This document shows, in pieces, positions 1 to 12,300 of a stretch of 64,000 bases of DNA (positions within the stretch are counted from its first letter, which is position 1; each line of letters starts with the position of its first letter). The stretch lies in the NCBI RefSeq assembly GCF_964355755.1, contig NC_092672.1:19605237-19669236 (forward strand), given 5' to 3'. The stretch is from Antedon mediterranea (taxonomy: Eukaryota; Animalia; Echinodermata). The notes under the pieces are model-generated. The model did no database searches and had not been told where the DNA came from. It worked only from the letters and a program-made list of their open reading frames with translations. Made by a program: the position numbers and the translations under genes.

Positions 1-387
1 ACTAATGTAGAAAATATTAGCTAATGTTGAAATGGCAATAGCTAAATGTAGAAATAACTTACTCATATGTAATTAGTACCAGTTAAGGTGAAAACATGCT
101 TCACAACTATGATGAAACTACTGTTGGGAACTACGTCAAGAAACCAGAAGGATAGATACATTATGTGAAGTTAAATGTATCTGGGATAAAAACTAAGGAG
201 ATTCACTTTCAACTACCATGTCTGTGTTTTGGGGATATTAATTATCAATATAAATTTTGATCTCATTTCTGGAATTCATCATGCATACAGACATATTCAA
301 TCAATGATTCAACAACTATGATAATTATGCTAATTATCCTAAATTTATTTCACAATATTGGAAACTTGCTTTTCTTCAACCATGTAG

Positions 388-887
388 ATTTCTCGGAAGA
401 TAATTTCAAACAGTTGATTGCAGACTTTGCAAAATGGTTTGATGATCGTGGTCTCCTTAACAGACTACAAGTTCTATGCATAGAAATAGTAGATGACATT
501 GAAGAGTTGAAAAGGGTTACCAGTACAATCAACCTGTTAGCTCTTTTAACTGCAAATGGACAATTGAGTCAAACAAATCTTTCTGTCCTGTATGATGCAA
601 TAAAAGTAACGAAACAATTTGGCTTTCAGTCGGTCATTAAAGAAAAGCTTCCTGCTTTCAAAAATATCAAGAAGCGTAAGGTAGCATCATTTTCACTACG
701 AGCAAAAAAGATTTTTATTCTTGGAAAAAGTCTTAGTGATTCAGATATAGAAGCTGTTGATAGACGATACAACTTCCCTGTCCTTAAGGAGTATACAGAC
801 AGCTGGAGTCTGCTTTTGGACTTTGAAACCCGTGGGTTGCTGAATGAAGACAAAATAGAAGAGGTTAAAGAGGTGTTAAAAAGATGA
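388..887 (+). CDS. Terminal exon encoding tandem DED-like domains; probable 3' end of an upstream Roc-COR-DED paralog
   Basis: Acceptor catgtag at 381-387, phase-1 entry, open to TGA 885-887. Two helical DED-like units (SEDNFKQLIADF...LSQTNLSVL; SFSLRAKKIFILG...LLLDFETRGLL). Same phase, size and N-terminal SEDN motif as the exon at 46006-46538. AATAAA at ~1045 and ~1083. Confidence 0.7.
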
Positions 888-1268
888 AATGGAGGTGACA
901 TTTAAATTTCACCAGTTCAACGAGAGGAAGTAATAAAAGCCTTGAGAGCAGTGTTGAGAGAATGGATATTGTAGAATTACTAGACACAGTCTATTGCGAA
1001 CAGTAGTAGTATGAACTGTAGTTGTATGGTAACTCAGTTCAACAAATAAACAATTTGTATTAACAATAGGAGATACATAGTTAATAAAAGACAATGAAGA
1101 AGACCTATTGAAACAATGTTTTTAAAAGTGAAAGATCTTTAAACTATGTTTTAATAGACCAAAGTAATAGAACATAGGTCATGTACCTGATATGAGATGT
1201 CAGGTAAGTGAATGACAAAAATATTTGTATTATTTTTGTATCTGGTTAAATCTTAAAAGTATTGATAA

Positions 1269-1440
1269 TAGTCCAGTGGCAGGAGGGGGAAATCACCACC
1301 CGAACGGGGATAAATTGCCATCCAACTTTTCTAGACCAGAATTTTCCGTAGATTACGAATCTGGAAGGTAATCGATCAGGATAGGAAGCGTTTTTGAGAT
1401 AAAAGGGGTCAAAGTTTTAAAAAATATCAAATCTGATTGC
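1269..1440 (+). mobile_element. Solo left terminus of the TA-flanked TIR element found at 2383-5567
   Basis: tagtccagtggcaggagggggaaatcaccacccgaa...ttttctagaccagaattttccgtagattacgaa is nearly identical to 2383-2540. Confidence 0.75.
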
Positions 1441-2128
1441 AAATGTGCTATGGCATTATTAAATGTCGTAAAATTATTACCGATAATATTTAGATAGATA
1501 ATATTACAACAAGAGTACCTATAACATGATAATATTACAACAAGAGTACCTATAACATGAATTATATTTCTAAATTCACAAATGTATGATATAAATTGAT
1601 ATCAAGTCAATTTTTTTTACAAATTTACAGGCATATTTCCTCATAATTGATCAATTACAAAGATTATTGGTACCATAATGCTTCAATAATATAAACAATT
1701 GGGATTATAAAACCATATGTTTTAAAATAAATTTTAATCAGAAGATAATTCTAACTGTAAAAAGATGGTGTGTGTGATTAAAGTTGTTTACTCTGTATAC
1801 CAAAAACATGGTCAGCTGCTGTCTAGTGTGTGATAGGCTTCTGAAAACCTAAAATAGAATGGACCTTTCTCCCCATTCATCACCAAAATAAAAGATATTT
1901 TTACTGGCCATACCGATGCCTCCAATCAGTCAATCACATCCACAGTGTGACTTGGACTTGGACTTTCTGTAACTGGTTTTTTTTTATATATTGTTAAATG
2001 GATGAGTCTTTTGTGCTTTGGTGGCTATGGCTAGTTTTAGCGGCTTACACACAATTTCACATGAGAAATATGTGTAAACCCACTGTATATTTATTAGCAA
2101 TACTTGAACATTAACATTCATAATTTAA

Positions 2129-5100
2129 AGATAATTGTCCCCCTAAAAAAATATTTTTTTAAATTTTTTTGTTGAATATGTTATTTTAATGTCACATAAT
2201 AGTTATTCACTCTCACAAAAAATTGGATCTGAAAAAAAGTGTATTTACCTGAGAAAAATGTAATTTAAAGCAAAAAATTGTCGAATTGTCTGGAAGTTTT
2301 TGGGTAATTTAACTGTTTATTTTGTCTTTATAGGTAAAATAATTCCCCCCCCCCCACCCCCGTTTTTTTCTTATGGAAGTCGTAGTCCGGTGGCAAGAGG
2401 GGGACATCACCACCCGAAAGGGGACAAATTGCCATCCAACTTTTCTAGACCAGAATTTTCCGTAGATTACGAATATGGAAGGTAATCGATCAGGATAGGA
2501 AGCGTTTTCGAGATATAAGGGGTCAAAGTTCAAAATTGACCAAAATAAAAACATGCTATATCTCTGGAAATTCTGGACGTAGTGAGATAATTTTGGTGTC
2601 AAATTGTTCACAATGTATATGTTTATATTAGCTCTAACAGAACTTTCTTTGAAAAATTGACAGGAAACCCCATTGTTAGCAATTTTGACCTTTGACCTCT
2701 TTTTGCTATATCTAAATAACGGCAGGTCGGAGAGAATTAAAAATAGGAGCAAATTGTTCCCAAGATATACATTTATATTCAGTATAACAGATGATATTGC
2801 TTGAAAATGACCGGAAGTGTGGTTATTAACCTTTGACATAATTGAATAAGGTTATAAAAACATAAATTAATAAATATTTGTCGTAAGAAGCCAATTTTGG
2901 TGTCAAATTGTTCACAATATATATGTTTATACTTGCCATAATGCAACATTTTTTTCAAAAAGTGACTGAAACACCTATTTTTCTGTAATTTTAACATTTG
3001 ACCTGTTTTTCTCATCTAAATAACGACATGGCATAGAGATTTCTAACGGCAAATTGTTTATAATAGATATTTTTATTCAATCTAATAGATTATACTGTTT
3101 GAAAAATACAAGTGTGATTATTGCCTTGAAATCCTGTACATAAGAGCCTATCAGGGCGGATTTAATTCAAAGAGGTGTGGAAGGGGAATAATACTATTAC
3201 TATACAGTACAATGTCTTTCTTTTGAGCAATTTCAATCAGGTATCCATGTAGGCTATCTCCAATAAACGGAATGTACGGCTCATAGAGAATTCAGAAGTT
3301 ACTACTCTTGGTTCATTTTGGCAAATCCATATGGGTTCCTTTTAAAAGGATTGAGGGTGCACAGACAGGCTTTTCCCATGGCTTAATATTGGAACCTACA
3401 GTTTTAGTTACCCGATATATTTCTAACACAGTAACTTATGTAGCCAAATGCATTGATCCAACACAGGAGCCAAATGTAGAACTGAACATACAGTAGTAGA
3501 GAACCACAGAAGGGTCTAAATAGATGACCTGCTGTTGTTTCATTTTAGGCAAAATCCAAATCGGTGCACAGTGCACAGGCAGTGCACAGGCAGCTTTATT
3601 CCATGTGCCTGTCTATATAAACCCACAGTGTCACCCATTATATTTCTATTATGGGGCTTAATGTCCATGGAGGACCGGCCCTTGGGTTAATTTGGGCAAA
3701 TCCATAAGTGTTCCTTAAGGATCGAGAGTGCACAGGCAGCTTTATTCCATGGTTTTGCCTGTCTATATAAACCCACAGTGTCACCCATTATATTTCCATT
3801 ATGGGGCTTAATGTCCATGGAGGACCGGCCTTTGGGTTAATTTGGGCAAATCCATAAATTTTTCTTAAGGATCGAGAGTGCGCAGGCAGCTTAATTCATG
3901 GGCCGCGCCTGTCTATATGAACTCACAGTGTCACCCCTTATATTTCCATTATGGGGCTTAATGTCCATCCATGGAGAACGACCGGCCCTTGGGTTCATTT
4001 GGGCAAATCCATAAATGTTATTTAAAGATTGAGGGTGCACATTTAGTTTTATTATCTATGAACTATTTACCCCATACTAATTTCTAATACAGGGGATTAT
4101 GTCGCACACCACATAGAGATCCCAAAAGGGTCCTTAGAGGGTTCATTCGGGCAAATCCATATAGGTTATTTAGAATCCTTTGTATACAGGAAACTCTTTC
4201 CTGTATGGGCCAAACTATATAAAAATTGTGGTCTGTCTGTGTAGTGAGTTGTGGATTGAGTTTGGCCACCTGGATCTGCCTATGCCTTATCCTGTACGAA
4301 TTGGTATTCTCTGGTTCTGATGAATAGTAGTTTATTTTCCAAAAACGAATATTGTAGCCCTAATAAATGCAACTGTATAGTGGCAAATCATTGAAGGTCA
4401 GCGCAACATTTTAACATCATAACATTTTAATCGTCATAATATTAATTTTATTATTTATTTTACAGTATTATATTAATATATTTAAAATAATGCGCACTAG
4501 AAAAAATATAAAAATACCATAACTTCACTGATCAAATAACGTGATTACATTTATGAACATCGATCTCATAGTTTGAATAACTTTGCATTATTTAGTAGGC
4601 CTATATCATTTATTCACATGTTGACCTTTGACCAATGTCAACTTGTGTAATGATAAATGTGCTCTTTTGATTGTGTATGATTGATAGATGTCTTAATAGA
4701 ATGATAAAACATAACATTTTGTCTTAAATGTTAGTTTTTATTTGGTTTTAAATGCAAATTGTGTGATTGGTCAATATTGACATTTGACCTTTAATTGCAA
4801 AGTATTTGTTTTATAAGGCGACTGAATAACACCATACAATACCTATAACCATACAAATGTATTAAAAGACCAAATTGAACTTTAATAAATTGGTTATAAT
4901 ACATATGTATATAATACATTGTTATAATTGGTCAATTTTAAACTTTGACCCTTATCTCTTCCTATTCGCTTCCTATCCTGATCGAAGTCTGATTTGATTA
5001 AATACAGTATTATAATGAAATAACATAACTTTACTAATCAAATAATTTGATTACTTGTAAAACCATCAATATCATAGTTTGGACAACGTTGCATTTATTT

Positions 5101-5657
5101 GTTAACTAATACGCGTATTAAAATGTTGACCTTTGACCTTATGTCAACTGATGAAATGATGTATTCGCTCTTTTACATTGCGTATGATTGATTAATAGGA
5201 TGAGAAAACATCCAATTTTTATTCAATATTTGTTTTTATTTGGTTTTATAGGTACGTTCTATGATTGGTCAATATTGACATTTGACCCTTAATCACAAAG
5301 GATTTTTTTTTCATTAAGTGATTGAATAGACACTTATAATCATAAAAATGTAATAAAAGACCAAATTGTGCTTCAATAAATTTGTTATAATAATAATACA
5401 TTGTTGTAATTGGTCAATTTTGAACTTTGACCCCTTATATCTCGAAAACGCTTCCTATCCTGATCGATTTCCATATTCGTAATCTACGGAAAATTCTAGT
5501 CTAGAAAAGTTGGATGGCAATTTGTCCCCTTTCGGGTGGTGATGTCCCCCCTCCTGCCACCGGACTATCAACAACTTCATTAAAACTGCAAAATGGCCTA
5601 TTCAAAGTCCGATTTTAAAAATCTTTATTTTTCATGGTTTTGGGGGACAATACATCT
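2129..5657. mobile_element. Kolobok-like non-autonomous element (TTAA TSD) split by a nested insertion
   Basis: ttaa|agataattgtcccc ... ggggacaatacatct|ttaa; same TIR family as 18055-20514. Confidence 0.65.
2383..5567. mobile_element. Non-autonomous DNA transposon with ~160-bp TIRs, TA-flanked
   Basis: tagtccggtggcaagagggggacatcaccacccgaaaggggacaaattgcc at 2383 has its reverse complement ending ccaccggacta at 5567. Internal ~140-bp tandem units (3580-4040) and a ~480-bp internal duplication (4500-4985 vs 5020-5465). Confidence 0.8.
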
Positions 5658-5712
5658 TTAATATATTTCATTGGTATACCTTTTTTTCAATATTTTTGTT
5701 TATTGATCTGAC

Positions 5713-5733
5713 CATGGAGGAAAAACCTCCATG
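5713..5733. mobile_element. 21-bp palindromic P-like transposon footprint with 7-bp TSD
   Basis: atctgac|catggagg-aaaaa-cctccatg|atctgac. Confidence 0.7.
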
Positions 5734-6672
5734 ATCTGACTAAAATTGTAAACTTATCAAGATAAAGTACAATGTTGTGGTGTATGCATTACATAAATAC
5801 ATATTTCATATTCTATTTTAATAAATGATATACAATATTGTTAACTTTTTTGTATTGTATTTTTGTTTGTCTATTTTCTTTTAAATCTCAACGTGACCAA
5901 TAGGGTCAAAAAGAATTTAAGAGAAAAACACAACATTGAAATCTGTAAATGATCCTAAATGCATGAGACATAAAAATCACAAATCATATTCCTGAGAATT
6001 AGTTTTATTTACTATAATTATATTGTTAGTTTTACACGATTTGTTTATAATAAAATTTAATATTAGGATAATTTCATATTCATAAAGTTTACTCATGCAT
6101 GAAAGCAAAATCAAAGATGACAGAGCTCCACAAAGATTCTAAATTCTTGTTGTTTGTATACGATGGTACAAATATATAAACAATTGAAAATTCTAATACT
6201 GCAATCTGAAACAGCAAAACTACGTGACTGAGAACATCTTTCTTTCTGTGTCATCCATCTTCATTTTTCTTTGACCCATAGAGTAGACCATTTGCAGCGT
6301 TTGAGACTAAAAGTTAAAGCCTAACTGGACCATGATACAACAAACCAAGTAACACAATACCAAAAGCTATATCAACTGCAGGAGTTGTTGCAACTTGCAC
6401 AAACTTGTTAATGATGGTAGTAGTTCCTTGATTTACAGGCTCCTCTTCAACAAGTATACTATTCTGGTGCTCACTAGCCATTGGTGTATGTGTACCACTT
6501 GTTCATTTGAGCTCTTCTGAGATATTTCATCCCCATCTTTCTTTTGTTCAATGTTTACTATTCTATTTCCCTCACTTCTACCACTATTACAGGTCAGGTT
6601 ACCATTTTCATTAAATTGTATTCTATAATTGTTATTTACATTTTCTGGTTCTTTAATTTCATTGATGCTCTT

Positions 6673-6840
6673 ATCGGTAAACTTATCTCTCTTGTCTTGA
6701 TCTTCAACTTCTTTACTGGTAAACTTATCTCTCTTGTCTTGATCTTCAACTTCTTTACTGGTAAACTTATCTCTCTTGTCTTGATCTTCAACTTCTTTAC
6801 TGGTAAACTTATCTCTCTTGTCTTGATCTTCAACTTCTTT
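6673..6840. repeat. 45-bp tandem repeat (~3.7 copies) inside the MYO19 tail exon
   Basis: Unit ggtaaacttatctctcttgtcttgatcttcaacttctttact repeated. Confidence 0.9.
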
Positions 6841-8814
6841 GGTGCCATTGCTTGAACTATCACTGACAGGTTACTGTCATGAGGTTCAATATCCAATGAT
6901 ACTGCTGACAGTATACCTTCTGTTAATATGCTATTGTTTTGTTGCGATTGTTCATCATTGCATTCTTGCACATCAGAATCAGCAAACTGGTAAAAATAAA
7001 TGTTAAATTGTATTAAATTGTATCAAGAAAAAAAAATATTAGATTAAAAATCATAAACTGAATGTTTATGATTTGAATACGGAGAATATTTCATGAAAAT
7101 TAACTGATTGACCATTTAATGAGGCGGAACCAAGCACAGGCAATCTCTCAGTAAATGAAATATACTCTATTCAACATTATTAGTTTTATAGCACAGTACA
7201 TATGATGATGTGTTAATTTAACATTAAAGTAAGTACATGTAAATGAGGTGGATGTGTTAGTGATGAAGGAACATACTTCACATTGTAAAGTTTGTTGGTG
7301 CAACGAAGATTGAAAATTGCTAGTTTTAAGTAAAAGGCCTACCTCGTCTGAATTCAATTCATTTAATTGTTCATCTAACTTGCGTTGGTGTAAACGAATT
7401 GAATATCCAATCATAGCATACTGTATGACACGTGCTGCCTCATGTCGTCTCTTTAAATCTTCTCTCACCAGCCTCTAAAACCTACAACATATCAATTCTA
7501 ATTAGTGACAATTAGTGGCTTGGTTTGGTAACAGCATGATGCCTGCAAGATATTTGTCAAAACACTATTACAATCAATACCTGCTTGAATGATAACAACA
7601 GCTGCCTCTTGTTTACTTTTGGTTGCCAGGATCTTCCTCCACCATATCTGTATTACACCAGCACTTAAATTGAATTCCTTCAATCTTGCAACTTCAAGTT
7701 TATCCAACTAAATGAAAAATAACGGAATATAATAAATATACAATGATGCAGATTCTTACTTACTTTTTTACACTGACAAGCTAAAAACTAAAAGCTAAAA
7801 GTATTATAATTTGGTGCTACAACTTTTTCATAATGTTATAAGATAGGAATTTTACTGACTTTCAATGACTTACACACATTTAACTGGGTAATAATTTTTA
7901 ATAAAATGGTATTTTTTAAATTGTGTCAAATTAATTGTTCTTTTCTTTTTATATTTATATACTTTTTTTTAAAAGAAAAATGCCTCAATTTTACATAATT
8001 ATTTAGTCAATTTTGGTGAATTTCCTATCTTATACTACAAAATATTCCTGTAGCACTACTTTTTAAAATAAAGGTTTATTTTACGACACTCATTCAGCTC
8101 TACTGCAAAGGTTTATATTATACAGATATTGCCTGCTTAGAGGTGAAATATAAAAATTGACATCCCCGAGGGAACGATATTTTTCTCGAGGAACTATATT
8201 ACATCTGTTATATTAAAATATGTGGCAAAGTGTAAGTAGACTTGGCTGGGTCGGCTAGCCTAATTAATAAGACTGCCTAGTTCACCTTACCTTGGCGAAA
8301 AATGACCGTATAAAGTCAAATAATTGCTAATGATTCCTTTGCCATAAAATATTCACTTAAACTAATTAAAATTTAATTTATTCTACTGCAAATATAAAAT
8401 AATTAAATTATTATTAAACTACTATTAAGTACCTGTCCCTCTCTTAGGAATATCTTTGTTTTTCCACACAAAAAGCTTTTCAATTTATTTTCTTTGTCTG
8501 CTTCAGCTAAAACCAGATTCGTAATAACAGCACATTTACTTTTTGTATCCAAATCTTTGATATCTTCTGAGTTTGACCTTATTAATAATTCATACCTCTT
8601 CTAATCACTGTACAACATTCTATAAGAAAATTGTCATTATCGTTCAGAATCAAGTATAACAAACAACACACAGGCAAGTATGTTAGTAGGTGTTCAACAT
8701 GTACAGTATGTACAGGGATATATATAGTATATATTATAAACAACACACTGGCAAGTATGTTAGTAGGTGTTCAACATGTACAGTATGCACAGGGATATAT
8801 ATAGTATATATTAT

Positions 8815-9068
8815 AAACATCACAGGCACAGAATAAATTCTATACCGCCCGGTGATATACTGAAATTTAATTAATTAATTTGAAACGATGAAGATGAGGA
8901 AATCTGTGAGAATGAGAAAAAGTCGCCTCCACCAAGATTCAAACCCGGAACCTTCTGCTTGATATGCAGATATCCTAACCATTAGACCACTGGGGGTTTC
9001 ATGGTATTGTTCAAACTAGATTGGATAGCAATAGCACTCTCGGTGTGGTACGGTGGAACAGCACTAGT
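8815..9068 (-). mobile_element. tRNA-derived SINE-like repeat, copy 1
   Basis: Minus strand cccccagtggtctaatggttaggatatctgcatatcaagcagaaggttccgggtttgaatc carries A and B boxes and a tctgc/gcaga stem; homologous to 34477-34720. Confidence 0.7.
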
Positions 9069-9269
9069 CCCTCAGTTGTACGCACGTGCACTAGAGATCA
9101 AATTGATACGCCCTCATCTTTTAGTATTAAAGTCCTAGAGCAAGCTATTTGATTGGTAATAGTAAAAAATACAATAAAAATACAAATTACGACGCACAAC
9201 GATTTTGGTTTTTGCTTAATTATTCAATATCGAAAATTTTTAGCCAGCGTATCAAACAAAAACAAAAAT

Positions 9270-9322
9270 CTGTAAGCTGACCTGGTAGGGAAGCCTGTTG
9301 TACTGATCTGAATTGTTTCAAG
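9270..9322 (-). repeat. Duplicated 3' end plus splice donor of MYO19 exon 9588-9410
   Basis: ctgtaagctgacctggtagggaagcctgttg..ctgatctgaattgtttcaag occurs at both ~9270 and ~9398. Confidence 0.85.
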
Positions 9323-12300
9323 TGAACTTAACTAACCAGGGTATAAACCAGTCATAGATGGGTGCATTGTTAGTATAAAAAGAACACAAAACAATCCCTG
9401 TAAGCTGACCTGGTAGGGAAGCCTGTTGCACTGATCTGAATTGTTTCAAGAACACCGCAAGCACGTAGTTGATTTATAACATGAACGTTATCAAAGCTGT
9501 CTGGTTGACACTCAAGACTTGGTTTGATACAGCGGATGTAGTGAGGTGTTGTTTCATGTAAAGTAGCCATAAGACTGTCCAATGAATTCTAAGATATAAG
9601 ATGCAATTGTTAGATTGTTACCCCGAAGATTACATGTAAAAACTAAATGGTATCAACCAAAATAAGTATAAGTAAATACAAAACAGATTGAGGAAATATG
9701 TCTGATAATCAAAAAATAAAATATCTTGCATATATTATAAGTTACATTTTCAACAGAAGTAAAAAAAAATTGGGAAGCAATAATTTGAGTGATCTTGCAG
9801 ATGTTTATTTTATTTATTTTATCATAAAAAACCATTTACAGATAAATTATAATTAATATAATATACAGGAAACAAAATATGAAACATCAACAATATACAA
9901 AAACAGGGATGCTGAGGAAAACCCATAAAAGGCCTTGTTTCCCTGTTTCTCCTCCTTTCAAGAAAATATAGGGTTAAGAAAGCAAAAACAACAACAAAGC
10001 AAAAAACCTATCTAAATTCTAAAGCAAGAGCTCAGTCTTGAAGGTATTTTTGTAATTGATGTTCCATACTAAAGTCATCAAGATTCTAAATTAAGTTTTG
10101 TATGAGTTTCAATTTTCAGGATTCTGTACCTTAAATTTTGATACCACTGTAGAAGTAGTCTTTTTGCCTTTTGTTTTACTTGGACTCTGAAAAAAAAATA
10201 ATAAAATTAACCTATTGTAGGTTAAATAGAACTATTAACATAACTGACAAGATGCAAAGGCATTATAAATATCACACATTTATTCTTTGTTTAAAAGTTT
10301 CATGATGTAACATTGATGAAGACAGAACTTAAAAAGCAATGGATTTGAACAATAGAGAAAATGGTGTTAGTATAGTTTTAGTATGGTGTTAGTTTGATGT
10401 TAGTATGGTGTTACTACATTGTTAGTTTTATGTAATAGTTTGATGTTAGTATGGTGTTACTACATTGTTAGTTTGATGTTAGTATGGTGTTACTACATTG
10501 TTAGTTTGATGTTAGTATGATGTTAGTATGGTATTACTACGGTGTATAAAACAAATGACAAGATCAATCACCTGTAAACTGGTAACATCAGCATCAACTA
10601 GTTGTTGCACAAACTTCTTGCTGCTAATTCTAAGCAAATCTACAAGTTCTGCTGGAATACCATCCTAAAAAAATCAAATGATACACAATAGATTAATTAG
10701 TAAATGAACATTCACCTGTGTACACTGCACATCAAATCTAATGAGCAAATATAATGTAATAGCAATAAAGGTTTCCATTCGAAGTAAATATTATAGGGAT
10801 ACTCGAAAAAAAAAAGCCCTGATAATAGGGCAGGAGGGCAAGTTGTTAAATTGATTGTTCTTAACTTGATGCAATTGTAATAATGGAGAGGATGTGTGGT
10901 TAAATAGGTCGAAACACTCTTGTCGTTTTCTAAATAGAATTGTGTTAGTGAACCAATTCTTATTTTGATATAAAACCAGAGATACGTAATAAGCCGAAGG
11001 CTTAGCGCGTACTCCAGACTGAAAAGTGATTCCAACAGGAGGGGGAACTAAAAGATGTCGGCCATAAATGTGTTCAAAAACATTATTTAATATAAAAAAT
11101 AATAATCTAACATAATACATTAAGACCACATAAATTACAACATATATTCTTATCAAAGCACAGTGAAGATTTATAAAATTAAATATATTTTTAATTGCAA
11201 TGGAATGAATAATTTATTGGTAATCTAGCATTTTTTGTATACGAGGGTCATATAGAATCCGTTTATACGCTTAACACGCTGCGTTTCGTATCGTTCTCAC
11301 GCAGATAGGCTCAACACAGGCATATAGCAGTGCATACTGCGTAGGGCATATCTGATTGGTCGATTGCAGCCGCTGTTTTGTTGGTTCCCTCTCCATGGAG
11401 AGTCACCTTTTGAACTGTGATAACATTGTAGTTTGACATCTAGCCTTTGGCTATATAATATCATTGTATAAAATAAATATAAACTATTTGACTGCTGACC
11501 ATTGTTTTTATTAATGACAGGCTAACCTTTAATTTGTTCCTATACACTATGTTGTATTCTAGTTCATAGTTAAATTGTCTGGTACTTCCTCCTTGTACTC
11601 ACTACAAGTTTTGAACAAATGAGCTAAGATAGTTTAGCAAGAGCAAAAGATTTTCCAACTTAAATGGTGTATTCTCTTCTTACACAGGTGATAGAGCATT
11701 ACCTATAGCTACAAACAGCCATTGATAGTGATACATTTTCCTGTGGTATTTATTTTCAGTTATAAGATTATGAGAAATGAGTTTAAACGAAGCAGATGCA
11801 CTATTCCATAATTGCAATGCTTTGAGAAACTATTTATAACCTTCTATCCCCTTTTTTGTGAATATACTGTAAAACTGGCTTTCAGTTGTAAGTATATTAC
11901 CTTATTCTTTTCAATTAGACCATCCACTTGGTACGTAACTTTCTCTGCATAGTGATGCACAACAAAAGCTGGTGATGTCACTGATATGTGTGCACGAGAT
12001 AAGCTTGCACTGCTGATGGTGTCATGAAGAAACTCACAAAATGAACTTGGATCTGAATGTCTGTTTAACTTGCATTGCTATAAACAAGATAAACTTGCAA
12101 TTAGTTCATAGAAAGTAAATGACATAATAACATGATTGTGATCCTTAGATGGACAGTCTCCACTAAGCACACCAACTTGTAGATTGCAACCGGTTGTGGT
12201 GCTACTGTACTTTTGCACCTAACTCACTGGGCAAAAGGTCACTCACCATCACTGATGTGCAGTAGGTGAATATTTTTAAATTGGGGTTAAGCTTTCTTTT

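Noticed and set aside
6544-6855. Plus-strand hydrophobic repeat ORF
   Set aside because: Antisense reading of the 45-bp repeat in the MYO19 tail exon.
8920-9000. Possible functional tRNA gene
   Set aside because: Imperfect acceptor stem, non-canonical anticodon loop (atatcaa), and a second copy lacking the anticodon arm; better explained as a SINE-like repeat.
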